Shown here in pieces: positions 13,441 to 25,512 of a stretch of 64,000 nucleotides of DNA. A program made the position numbers and the translations under genes. This DNA comes from Sphyrna mokarran. Taxonomy: Eukaryota. Location: contig JAGIQG010000032.1 in NCBI GenBank assembly GCA_024679065.1, positions 13,640,001 through 13,704,000 of the forward strand, read 5' to 3'. The notes under the pieces were generated by a model that ran no database searches, was not told the origin of the DNA, and was given only the letters and a program-made list of their open reading frames with translations. Position 1 is the stretch's first letter, and each line of letters opens with the position of its first letter.

Positions 13441-15417
13441 CAGTTAAGTGTTTGGGGCCATGAAAACAAATGTTATGAGCGGTTGAAGAAATTTAAGTGT
13501 AGCAAATGAGTTAACAGAGTTCTTTTAAACAGTGAATTTATCTATAGATACTTAAAACTTTATTTTTTCTCAACATGATTCTGAGATCTGCCTATACTAG
13601 ATACTCTGAGGATACAGGGGATAGAAGTGCATGGGTGGGCACTAAATTGACATTGCTGCTATAAAGGGTCATGGGAGGTTGAAGGGGCACCGGTTGGCAA
13701 GGAGGTCATGAGTTGGCATGAAGGGATCATGGAAGTGTGGGGAGTGGGGACTGGGTTAAGGGCTAGAGGACTGTTACTTGTTTTATTGGGTTTTGCAGCT
13801 GGGACAGAGTACCGGATCACTGAGGTCTGCCTTTGTCCAGCTTAGCCCTAAATCCAGAAGCTCACATGCTATCTCTGAACTGTTTCCGAGGGGAGTAGGT
13901 CTGACTCCCAGAGAAACCCAGTACCCTGAAATAAAACCCAAACTTCTGGGGCACTTTCTCCTGCAAGGTGTTGATGGAGCCTGGAATTCTTTCAACTCCG
14001 AGTCCCGACCCAAGAGTGAAAATTCAGGCCATTAACTCTTTCTCTCTCCATGGATGCTACGTAGCTTGCTGAGTTTTCCTAGCATTTCTGATTTTGTTTA
14101 AGAACCATTTTGCCATTTCTTCTAAACTTGCCCCCATAAACTTGAACCATAATTTTATGTCCTGATGCTTTAACGTGGAAACAGAAGCAAACTCAATCAA
14201 ACTACTCGCATACAAAAAATAGTTTGAAGTTGAGTTTTGAGATCATTGTATAAGGAATAAAGTCCAGCAACAAGCAGAGCTGTTCCTGCAGTTGTTCATC
14301 CCAAATCCTATAATATTTTCTGTAGATCCCATTTCTACCCCAGACTTAGTAAGAAAAAGATAAGTGAGCATATGACTTTAATGTTCACATTTGTACTACG
14401 TATGCATGTGAAGGCTAACCTTTTTATGGGATTTATGCTAAAATAGCTTGACTGCTTTGCTTCCTTGATTGCTCTAGATCAGTAAATGTTTGTTAAGTAT
14501 ACATACATTGTAGATTCACCTGTATTATGTGAGTGTGTGTGCAAGGTGTCTTCTACTGAAATCCATGTTGATAAAACAGTGTTGCTGGAGCCACATCTGT
14601 GACTCGTCAGCCCTTTATGGTGCCCCTGTAAAGGTTTAATAAGAGATGATCAGGGGATGTAATGAGGTTTCTGTAGCTAACACTATTACCACTGCTGTAC
14701 CCTGTTGATATGTGCGAACATGTTGGTATGTTTGTACCTCTGCAATATGATATATTCTGCCACCTGCCAAATATTTTCCATGCTTGACAAAATAATGAGT
14801 TGCTCTCCATGGACCAATAACATTTCTACAGTTTAACTTATTCAGAGTTCAATGGCATAATTGTGTTGATGAATGCACCTTTAGCTTGTACTAATGCAAA
14901 AGCATTTGCATCAATCATTCCAACAGGAATTACTGTGCAGCTAAAAGATAGAAAGACTGCTGTGTGACTATTCTCCTGCTCATCCATTTTCCAATAGCCT
15001 CCCTTCATTTCCAATCTGGTATAGAATAATGAAATGTGAGTCAATTATGATTTTAATCTACTACTAAACTAATCCATATTCCTCTGAGAGAATGATTTGT
15101 TAATGTTGTACAGCTAAAGCAACAGTACCATTCAACCAAGTCATTTAAATATCAGTGTGATTAAAAAATTACTGTGGAACTGTGAAAATTGTGAATTGGT
15201 TGGAGCAATTTAATAGCCCATAGCCCTTCCAGCCTCACATGAAAGGATCAAGTCCAATGAAGGCTGCTAGGATAAAAGGCTCCCCTTCTTATAATTTGTA
15301 AAGCTTTTGTAAAGTTATTTTTGACAATAGCAACTAAGTTCTCATTGCTCACGAGTCTACAACTACAAAAATGGACAATAATTTGGGCAACTATTGGTCC
15401 TTGCGTCTAGTGTAGGA

Positions 15418-15634
15418 GCAGTAAGAAGCCTCACAATACCAGGTTAAAGTCCAACATCTTTATTTGGAATCATGAGCTTTCAGAGCACTGCTCCTTTCTC
15501 AGGTGAGTGACTTACTCGAGGAAAGAATAGCACTCTGAAGGCTTGTGATTCCAAATAAACCTGTTGGACTGTAACCTGGTGTTGTGAGACTTCTTGTTGT
15601 GTCCACCCCAGTCCAACATCGGCATCTCCACATC
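15418..15634. mobile_element. Penelope-like pseudo-LTR present as a head-to-head palindrome
   Basis: Arm aagaagcctcacaataccaggttaaagtccaaca..tttatttggaatca is the reverse complement of tgattccaaataaacctgttggactgtaacctggtgttgtgagacttctt. Confidence 0.75.
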
Positions 15635-15639
15635 TACTG

Positions 15640-16010
15640 TCAGAGATTAGTGTGTGGATACAACAGTGGACAATTGCGTGCTCTTTGAATCTGAATGAGA
15701 GTTTTAATTACTCAGGATATAAGCAGGAAGTCCAAGGTCCTGGAAATATTATAGAAAAGAACCGTAGGACAGATCCTCCTTGCTGGCAACTTAGCTATAA
15801 AGAGAGATTTTTAAGAACTGTTTCAAACTATACCATGATGGTAAAGAATGAGAAAACCTATTCAAGCTAAGAAAAATCAAACTTAGGAATGACAAACATT
15901 TGGAATGGACTTCCAGATCAAGCAGTGAAGACAAAGCTCATTTAAGGAACAGTTGGATGCTGAGATAGGCAATTGCAGATTATTTTTGGAAGGGTGAATA
16001 AGAATTCATT
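15640..16010 (+). mobile_element. Highly decayed CR1-type LINE 3' fragment
   Basis: Remnants of SYxERL, tggaatggacttcc and catttaagg..cagttggatg, typical of the CR1 ORF2 end. Confidence 0.45.
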
Positions 16011-17734
16011 GACTAGCCTTATTTAGTTTTTGCCACCTTGTAGCCAGATTCAGTAAGACTGTGCAAGGACCTGTACACATCATTAGTGCTCACATAAAGA
16101 CTCAATACCGTCCCCCACCTTGTACCAAAAAGTGAAAACATTTTTAACAGAAGAACCAAGTCTTGTATGAGTAATATTTATGATACTAAATATAACATTG
16201 TGCAAGAAATGGGTGACATAATGTACATCTCCTGTGATGAATGGCCTGAGGGAAGTCGGGGAGGAAATGGTTTTGTGGCATGAAAAAGTGTGAATTTTGG
16301 ATCTCTGAAAATGGAGGACTGGATCTTTCAGTGAACTCCAGATACCAATTAGACAGAGAATTCACAAAATTGTCCAATTTGGACAGCAAAGTCCTGTGGG
16401 TACATTCTGAAGCAGAGTGCGGCCAAAAATATTCCTGTTCCTCCCAGCTCAAAATTGAAGCAAGTTTAAAACATGAATTTGTTTTTATATTCGAGACCCC
16501 CAGTGGCCAAGAACCATTGTGTAACTGACAATACTGAGGGGCCCATGCTTGGAGCATACTCCACACCAATTTGGATAAGTTAGCCAGGTAAACACTGGAA
16601 CTGGTAATAGGCTCCTTTAATTGACATATCCCAAGTGAAAGAATCCAACTGTGCTTTCTTGTGTGGCCTACATTTGACTGGGTCCCCACATTACATGTTT
16701 GACACTGAACTGTCCCCCCAAAGTCATCTGGCAAGCAATTTAGTTACATCAAAATAATATGGGGCATCCCAGTACCATCTCAGGGCATACAGGGACAAGC
16801 AAACATAGCTGGTGACATCCACAACCCAGTGTGAAAAGTGGATTGGTAACTGTTGACCCGTGGCTTGTTCTCCCTAACCAAGGGGCACTGAGAATTAGTA
16901 CAGCAGTATCATATTAGTATCATATTTACTGGCCTCAAGTAATTCCAACATTTTTGGTTTTAATTCTGAAATGGTATAGGGACTACAGCATAGTCTCTCT
17001 CACCTAGTAGCCCTGCAATGTGAGAAGGATCCTTGTCACCATGCCCATTGCAAGAGCTTGCATGCGCAGTTGTTTAACATGGGAGATTGGTGCACTGCAG
17101 CTATTATATGGTTCTAGTTGCTGTTACTGCCTGCCACAGGAGTATTGGAAAGATCTACATGTAGATAATCAACCTGCTTGGGCCACACCACAAAGGCACC
17201 TTCCAAAGTCCTCAAGTCCTGGGATGAAACTTGAAGTCATTCCTTTTGGCTCAGAGTTAAGTGCACTACCCACTACACCCCAAATTCTGCACAGAATGAG
17301 ACCTACTTTACCCACAAAGCTCAACTGATTCACTAGGTAAACTGGGAAACCATTAGAGAATTACTTCATGTGTGATTTTAATCAGTGCTGCTGGGGTGAT
17401 GGCACATGTAAGTAGAAGTTTATAAAAATGTCATATTATTTAATCTCCATGTAACATTTGTGCTTTTCAGTTCTTCAAATGCTAACAAAAATGGAATAAA
17501 AGTCAGATTGAATAAGATTAAAATAATGCTTTGGCAGTTAATCTAACATCAAGGCTAGTTCATTCCAGCTACACACAATCCAGTCCCAATAAAGAAACAA
17601 CTGATCTGCCAAGTATCGCTCTGCTTGGCTCAGGACTGTACTTTGACCAAGATTTTAACTTAATAAGATAGGAATGGATAGGAATGGTGCTCTTTAATCA
17701 CCAACTTGGAACAGGATTTTTAAATAACATCAGC

Positions 17735-17882
17735 AAAGACATGCTAGTTAGGTGCACTAGCCGTGCTAAATTCTCCCACAGTGTACCTGAACAAGTGCTG
17801 GAGTGTGGCGACCAGGGGACTTATACAGTAACTCCACTGCAGAGTTACTGTGAGCTACTTGTGACACTGATAAATAAATAAA
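17735..17882 (+). mobile_element. V-SINE type B, 3' half
   Basis: gttaggtgcactagccgtgctaaattctccc...acagtaactccactgcag...ctacttgtgacactgataaataaa; same tail as copies at 53375 and 62890. Confidence 0.75.
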
Positions 17883-19296
17883 TGGAAACGGTAACTGGCT
17901 AAAAGTACTTATGAAATGGTAGTGAATGGGACATACACACCAGCTGTGGTTGTACACTGTACAATGTAGTTGGGCACTGTCTTGCAAACAATTAACTGGA
18001 AATGGTACACTACAACTCTGAACCTAAATCAGTATTCATATGTAAACTCCAGTTCTATACTTGAAACAAGATTTGTACACAACAGGAGTGCATTATTGGA
18101 AACTCATTAATGTGTCTTCGCGGTTAGTAGCCCATTTTTCTCCGATTATGTTTTCAGCAATTTTATTTTACTTGAAATTAGACATAAATTTCCTCGCTAT
18201 AATCCCATCAGAAAGTTGATTGCAGCTTATCAATCCATTTGGCAACCCGTAGATAGGATTAAATATTGTTGTTCCACTTCAAGAGCCCTTGTCAGCAACT
18301 ATTTATTCATAATCTGATTTTGGAAATTGATTTTCTTAATTAGCCATGGTTTTATGTTCTTAAAATTGTCCACTATTAAACAAACACTCTTATTCTGCTC
18401 TTGCTGAGAAAAGAGTCAACATTGGCAGAAAGAATGCATGGTCAATTTCCTCCCAGTCCACTCCCAGAGTTGCTCATAACCAATCACCAGGCAGCGTCCA
18501 GTGAACTGGTTGCAAGATAGGAGTATAAGGAACAGAATTAGACCATTCAACTCCTCAAGCTTGATCTGCCATTCAACAAGACTATGATTGATTTATAACT
18601 CAACTCCATTCTCCCATCTTTGCTCCATTTACCATGACACATTTACCCAACAAAAATCTCTCTTCCCCACAGTGGGGGGCTGAGGACTACAAATGCTGGC
18701 GTTGCAGACGCAACAGCTGCAAGATATCTTCTTGGAACCGAAATTTTGCAAGAGAGGAGTTTGGAACCCAAAGGATGAGTTTGAAGCTTGGGCAAGCAGT
18801 TCATCCCATGAGGCAGGCAAGTCAATCCAATAAGAGCACAGTTAAAGTTAAGTTTAGGAGCTGACTGGGATTTTCCAGTTATTTCCCGACATGATAGATC
18901 ATCTGCCTGGAGACTGGTGCCGAGTGTGCCTTTGATTCTAGCAGGCCTACAGACTACCTTGCCTGACTAAGTGGAGTACCTTGAGGGACACATCACCTCC
19001 TCCACCAGCAACATCCCACCCCATCCCCGTCCCACTGTGGTGACCTGGTTGCTTTTCTGTTTGCTTTTTAATGAAAATTTTCAACATGCAGCTCAAAGTG
19101 CACCCGGTTACCTACATTCTACTGCAGCTGAGTGGCTCCACCAGTGTGAGGCATTTCCCCATGCTGAACTGGACAGGAACCTGTCTCCTTCCAATTAATT
19201 TGAAAATCCCATGCGTTTCCCTTGGTAAGTTTCCTCAAAAAAAAAATCCAACCAATGCTCCCATCATTGGCAAAAATTTCAGCCTCAACATAGGAA

Positions 19297-19530
19297 CATA
19301 GGAATTAGGAGCAGAAATAGAAAAATTTAGTCTTCGAGCCTGCTCTGCCATTCAATCAGATCATGGCTGATTTCTCCCCGGTCTCAAATCTACCTCTCTG
19401 TCTCCCATATCCATTTAATCTATATTTTAAAAATCAGAAATGTACCTATTTCTTTCGTGAAACTATTTAATGATTCAGATTCCACCATGCCATAGGATGG
19501 CAAGTTCCAGAAATTCATCACCCTCTGCGA
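19297..19530 (-). mobile_element. CR1-type LINE 3' end
   Basis: aacataggaacatagg tail repeat followed by cctgctctgccattcaatcagatcatggctgat; related decayed copies at about 18515-18660, 20200-20440 and 44805-45150. Confidence 0.7.
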
Positions 19531-20814
19531 TAAGCCTTGCTTGTCTGCATTCTGTGCTAATATTTGTTGGTATTATTGTTCTCCAGTCTAGACATTAAAG
19601 TAGGCAAGTTCTGATGTATAGCTGTCATTTCCTTTTAATTTAGAGGTTTGGAATGATTTTTCTGCCCCTTTTAGTATACTGTCTCAACACAAAAGATGTA
19701 TGTGGAAGATGTGGGCGGCTAGGCTTCTGTCAATGGTACTCTATAGTCAAGAGTAAAAGAGCAGCCTAGACTAATTAATTCTCGAGCTTTTACAAAAAAT
19801 GCGCCTTGTCTTTATTTTGTATTTTGCCTGAAGAATGAAAAGATTGAAGAAAGTAAGGAAAAGGCTGGGCAATAAGACTAGTTATCTCCAAAAGTTACCA
19901 ATACAGTTGCTGTCCAATCTAAAGCAGGCAAATAAGAGATCGTTTGAACAGGTATTTTCCTCTACGGCAACTTGCATTTCCCAACATAAAACGTTCCATG
20001 TCAGTGTATTTCATGGCAGAAAAAAATTAGAATGGAAGAGGATAATAATGAAAAACTGAGAAGGTGGGCACTCAGTGGAACAGATGGCTTTTTGGAGGCA
20101 TTTGAAAGGTTATGGTAGCAAGTTACAGACTTGGCAAGGATGAGGGGTTCAGGTGGAGATACTCAAAAGAGGAAAAATTGACTGAAAGAACAGTGGGTGA
20201 TAGAAATATGGGAAATGTCAAAATAGCAGTAGGCCATTCAGGCTCTCTAGCCTGTTTTGTCAGTCAATTAAATCATGGCTGATCTCCATTTAACTCCAGG
20301 TAACCTCCATGGTCCTATTTCCCTTAAACCCCATTGCTTAACAAAAACACATCAATACCAGTTTTGAAACTTTCACATTGACCTATGCTCAGCAGCCTTT
20401 GAGAAGAGTGTGGCAGACTCACTCTCGCCTTTGTGTGTAGGAAAAATAGAGTAAAATGGGAGAGTGAAGTCTGTGTGAAACAAGGAACCTTAAATCTCAG
20501 TTCACCCAGGTGGAAGGTGACAGGGGTAGGGAAGAGGATGAGGTCACAAAAGGGATCTGAAAGCAAATGTATAGATCTTAAAATTTTAAAAACCAATTGT
20601 TGTGGTGTAAAGGACCATTGGACTCTGCAAAGGAATCAGGCAGTGGGAAAGTAGACATTTGGGATGATGATAAGTGTGGGGGCTTTTGCTACAGCAAATG
20701 TGCAGAGCTGGACATTGTGGATATTTGAGGAACAAATATGAATTGGACGCGAAGGAAGGGTTAAACCTCAAGACACAAACTGGAAAGAGTGCAAAAAAAG
20801 ATTTACAAGTATGT

Positions 20815-21240
20815 TATGAGACTGGGATTATGAGGAGAGGCTGGAACTTTTTTCCCTGTAGGAGGATGAGGGGTGACCTCAGAGGCTAATAAAATCATGA
20901 GGGGCATAAATAAGGTGAATAACCACGGTCTTTTCCCCAGAGTAGGGGATCCAAAACTAGAGAGCATAGGTTTAAGTTCCGAGGGGCAAAGATTTAAAAG
21001 GAACCTGAGGGGCAACTTTTTCATACAGAGGGTGGTGCATGTATGAAATGAGCTGCCAGAGGGAGGTGGTAGAAGCAGGTACAATTACAATATTTAAAAG
21101 ATATATGGATGTATATGGATGGGAAAGGTTTAGATGGATATGAGCCAAATACAGGCAAATAAGACTAGTTCAGTTTAGGAAAGTCGGTTGGTGTGGACAA
21201 TTGGGGCCAAAGGGCCTGCTTCTGTGCTGTACCTCTATGC
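20815..21240 (+). mobile_element. CR1/HER1 LINE 3' fragment
   Basis: Frameshifted RRMRGDL...GNFFIQRVV..WNELP remnant and tail gggccaaagggcctgcttctgtgctgta. Confidence 0.85.
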
Positions 21241-23239
21241 AACACTTTATTTTTGCTCAGACTCCTAATTCTAACAACAGGTTTAGAATCTGCGGTCTGA
21301 GCAATGTGTAAGCCTGAAACAGGGAAAGGTGTTTCAGACTTATGCTGACTGTTCCCACTCACATTAGCAGCTGTTGAAAGCAACACCCAATAGGATTTTG
21401 ACAAACTGAACTTTGGACTATATTTAAGTGGGTCACAGAGAAACGTGCACCACAGTTTGAGAAATTAGGTGCAGCGTTTGTTTCTGTATTTCAGTTTCCA
21501 TGTTTTACTTTCATCCATGCCAACTGCCACTCTGCTCTCTTTCTAGTTGTGTGAATATCAGCTCCCAGCTGCCTCTACACATTGTCAACAATCGTGTTTG
21601 CAAAACGCCCAGGTCCTCTGGACCAGGACTGCAGTGTAAACATGCAAGCATTTCTTTAAATGTCACCAAGATGTGTGGCTGTATTTGCTGTAAACACATG
21701 GACGAAACTCCTCTTGAAACAGATACCAATTGCTGCAAGCTAAAATACAGCTTTGCTTGGGGAACACTTGACTGCTCAGTGTTGAGGAAAAAGGAAAGGC
21801 AAAAAATGTCCTTAGTACATCTCAATCTTTCTAAATTGTTTGCTTAAATTGTGGCTCTTCCTCACGTGTTTGATATATTAATATGAAATAGTACAACACA
21901 CAAGCACAGACCTCGAGCAATTTTTTGTTCACCTGGCATTCTGACTTCCTTTGCAGAAAAAGCTTACAGCTGCGAGCACAATCCAAAGTGTTGAGGATCT
22001 AGACTTCAATACGAGGATGCTCTCTGACTTGCCTTTGAAATGCAGCATGTACATTGAGGATGGGCCAGGAAATGTCCAAAGTAATTACTGTGTTTGCCAA
22101 TTTGTGGGACCAGCTATGTGATCTTACTGAAATATCAAAATTGTGTTGTAATGAAAGAAAATTATCTGACAAAACCATGGAGTGTGCTAACATTACTGGG
22201 GTCCATACTGAAACCAAGCCAAGTAATGATATAATGGGTTTTAATGAGTATCTAGGGAAGCAATCTAGTACCACAGCGAAAGACAAAGGGCAAAAAGCAT
22301 CATAGCTGAACTGACACTAATTCAAGCTGATTGTCAGAGCAGCTGAAGAATGTAAGAAAGGAAATGTGATCTGTACATTTGACCTCTCTTTGATTCCATC
22401 CCCCACTGCTGCCATTTCTAATTGTCAAATAGTCAACATTTCACATCTGCTCATATTAATTTAATGAAAATCTGAATCTCACCACTCAGTGTCCTTTCTT
22501 TCCCCCTTGATTTCACGAACTATTTGTAAGCAGGCTCTGAACCAGGCTGCTTTTATTGCATGTGTGCCTACTGGATTTACAGTCTTCAACAACTAGAATT
22601 ATTCCCACGAAAGCAGGAAAAGTTTGCGGTTCATCAATGAATAGGTGTAAACCAAAATAAGCTGCACCGTACAATCAACTAAAATGGAATGCAAAGTAGT
22701 AAAGTTTACAACTAATGTCAAAATAAAAATGACATAGCAGTTTTCATCTTAAGCATTTATCTTCAACAGATTATAAAGGTCTAAGTGTACTAGGGCCACA
22801 GTTAGAAACAGTATCTGTTTAGAGAATTGGAGTTTAAGGTTGAGTGCTTCAAGTGAAATGGCTTCTGCTTAAAGGGGCAAAATTTGAAGTTGGTAACTAC
22901 TTAAAGTGATGATCTGTGCTTGCGTCGTTGTTTGAGACTGGTGCTTGCATAGAGTGGTGCAATTTGAGACTAATATCTGACATCCCATCATCCAATGAAG
23001 GGCTTATTCAAGATTTAATTACTTCCCAATTTGATACCTTTAATACCATCTTTGCCAGCCAGCTTGCCATTCTTCAAACTTTCAGCTCATCAATAACTCT
23101 GCTGCCCAGTTTCTCACCCACAACAATCCCTACTCCTTCACCACCCTTCTCCTCCCTTATTATCCCAACTTCCATACACTAAAATTTAAATTTCTATCCA
23201 CCAAGGATGTCAGTAATCATGAATGATGTAATCTCCTCA

Positions 23240-23532
23240 ATTCCCTTCCAAACCATGCATTCCTCCGAGTCCAGTTTCCTGTGCATCTTTGCCCTTTCCT
23301 CCTGTGCTGTTGTTTCAGCCAACTGGCTTCCACTCTCTGGCATTCCCACTTTATACCCCTCTGCTCTTCTATGTCCTTCTCTCCTAAAATTAAAATCTTC
23401 TGTTAAAAAAGCACCTCTTTGATGATGCTTTAGGTCTCTCTTCCTGATATTATCTTCTCAGTTTTCCTCAAGCTGCAATGAATCATCATGGGACATTGTT
23501 TTGTATTTACAGTGCTCTATAAATGCAAGCTG
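23240..23532 (+). mobile_element. Decayed L2-type LINE 3' end
   Basis: Pyrimidine-rich body ending gggacatt...gtgctctataaatgcaagctg, the L2/Deu-SINE-type tail. Confidence 0.5.
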
Positions 23533-24407
23533 AAATCAGCAGATGTATTGAGGAATGGGTTTGCTGACCTGAAATATACTGCCAACTCCCTATCATCCTT
23601 CAGTAAATGCTGCACACATTGGTGCAGAGCCCTATTCAGCGGTTTCCAAACTTTGGCTATATTTTAATATTTGTGAACAGTGTAAAATTAAAAATGCTAA
23701 AATCTAAGAGGCTGAGTAAGTTTTCAACTTAATGGCCACTAGTTTCCATTATTGCGAAATCAATACAAGGTCAAAAGGAAAAAAGTGATACAAGTTGATC
23801 TCACGCCACTTATATAAATTAAGTTTTGGTAACTGACATCGAGTTATACTGCACATCTTTGCATTGTTTCCCAGCATCAGTGCAAAAAAATTACAGGTAT
23901 AACTTTATTATGTTCTATTCAGACTACATTTGGAAGTTGCTCTGCATGTTTCAGAGGTGACTTACTCCAGCTCCAAGCCAGATTAATTGTCAATAACAGT
24001 TTAAAAGTTGGGCGCAACTCAATGCCTTTGCAGTCTGTCTTTTGTGAACAGCTAGATTAAGATCTCTGGCAACATTTTTGCCCCGAGTAAAACACTACGG
24101 TGTCAGGCTGGTCATTCAATCTAAATGTTACCTCCCAGTGTAAACAGAATAGAATGTTGTGAAATAAGCTGACAGAATTACTGCTTCTCAAAGGGGCCCT
24201 GCTATCCAGCAGCAGAACAGACTCAAATATGTCAGTGCCCAATTTTTGCATATTTGCGAAAGTAGCGTAAAACTAATTAAACTTCCAGGATAGGGGATCC
24301 AATGCTGGTCTGAAAACTGCAGGATCCCTAGCCTGGCATCCAAATACCAATTTTACAGATCATTTTACATTCATTTGGCCCACTCATCGCTACATTATAG
24401 ACACACA

Positions 24408-24526
24408 GGCCAGAATTTTACTGTCTCAGGATCGGGGCAGGCGAGGCTCGTAAAACAAAACTCTCCGTTGGGCCCAGGGCAGGATTTTACAAGCCTCGCC
24501 TGAACGAGTTCACAAAATACCAGCTA
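24408..24526. mobile_element. Short palindromic MITE-like element
   Basis: Inverted repeats ggcgaggctcgtaaaa and ttttacaagcctcgcc (15 of 16 positions match), with ggccagaatttt...aaaataccagc ends. Confidence 0.55.
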
Positions 24527-25283
24527 CAGTGTCAGTGTTTGTCAATGGCTTTAAAGGGTTTTAATATCTACCACCATTCCCAAATACCCTTACGACATTT
24601 CTGATGTTTAGACAGTCATAGAGTTTAGTGGTTTAATTCCAGAGTAATGATAATATTATGTGTTGGAAGTGGTTCCATATATACCAACATGTCACTAATC
24701 TGGGGGTTAAGTTTCACTATTGGTTGTCCCACCAATAAGAAACTGAAATGATATTGAATGTTGCAGCTCTTGGCACCAAGCACATAATAATGGGATGTTC
24801 AAGTTTGTTATACCAGGACGTATTGGCAATGCTCTGGGCTCACATAACTGTGGGCATTGTGTACTTTTGACAGAAAGAGATAATGAAAGAACATTTATAA
24901 AATTAAAACACAGCAATAATTAGAAATAAATCAGCTTAATTCAAGAGGATTTTCCCCCCAACCCATCTCCCATTCTAGTTGTGTACTTTAACTTTAATGA
25001 AGTCACTTCTCCATTGTTTATCCAGAATGACATTTAACGACATGGAATAACTTCAATACCACACCGTACCAAGAACATCCACATCAAAGCGGTACTCTGG
25101 GTCCCCCATGCTAATCCACAGACCCAAGTTCTAGCGAAGCACACATAGCAACTTTGTCACTAGGAAGCTCAATGAACGCAGCAGCAGTGGCAACTAAAAT
25201 ACAACTTACTGGACCACAGAATACAACACAGAAGGGACGACCCCACATAGGACGGACATGGAACAGCATGATGTTAAACTTAC

Positions 25284-25457
25284 AGGCACGTAAACTGGTG
25301 GAGCAATCATTAACAGAGACAGAAGAAAGTGGGAAGGTTCTCTCAAGGGTGTCCAAGTTACTATGTACACTGTCTGACATGCAAGTGCAGTCACGCTCAC
25401 AGCGTCCGCAATCAAAACAACATGCGAGTTTCATTCTCTTGTAGATGGACATCTTGG
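25284..25457 (-). CDS. KCNMA1: KCNMA1 STREX cassette exon (174 nt): (P)KMSIYKRMKLACCFDCGRCERDCTCMSDSVHSNLDTLERTFPLSSVSVNDCSTSLRA(F)
   Basis: Acceptor aacatgattatag|CCAAGATG and donor GTGCCT|gtaagt; 174 nt, phase 1-1; the peptide is visible inside ORF 25111..25509(-). Confidence 0.98.
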
Positions 25458-25512
25458 CTATAATCATGTTTTCGATGGAAGGAGAGGAAGAGGAGCAGGT
25501 TAATGGCAAGGT
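25458..25512 (-). promoter_or_regulatory. STREX 3' splice site: branch point, polypyrimidine tract and CaRRE1-position spacer
   Basis: Minus strand reads ccttgccATTAACctgctcctcttcctctccttccatcgaaAACATGATTAtag, collinear with the mammalian STREX 3' splice site as I recall it. Confidence 0.8.

Noticed and set aside
21933-22019. 87-nt AG..GT interval ending CCAG|gtgaac, the length and ending of amniote e22
   Set aside because: The required phase-1 frame has stops (TGA at the fifth codon and TAA later), the acceptor is purine-rich, and there is no peptide similarity
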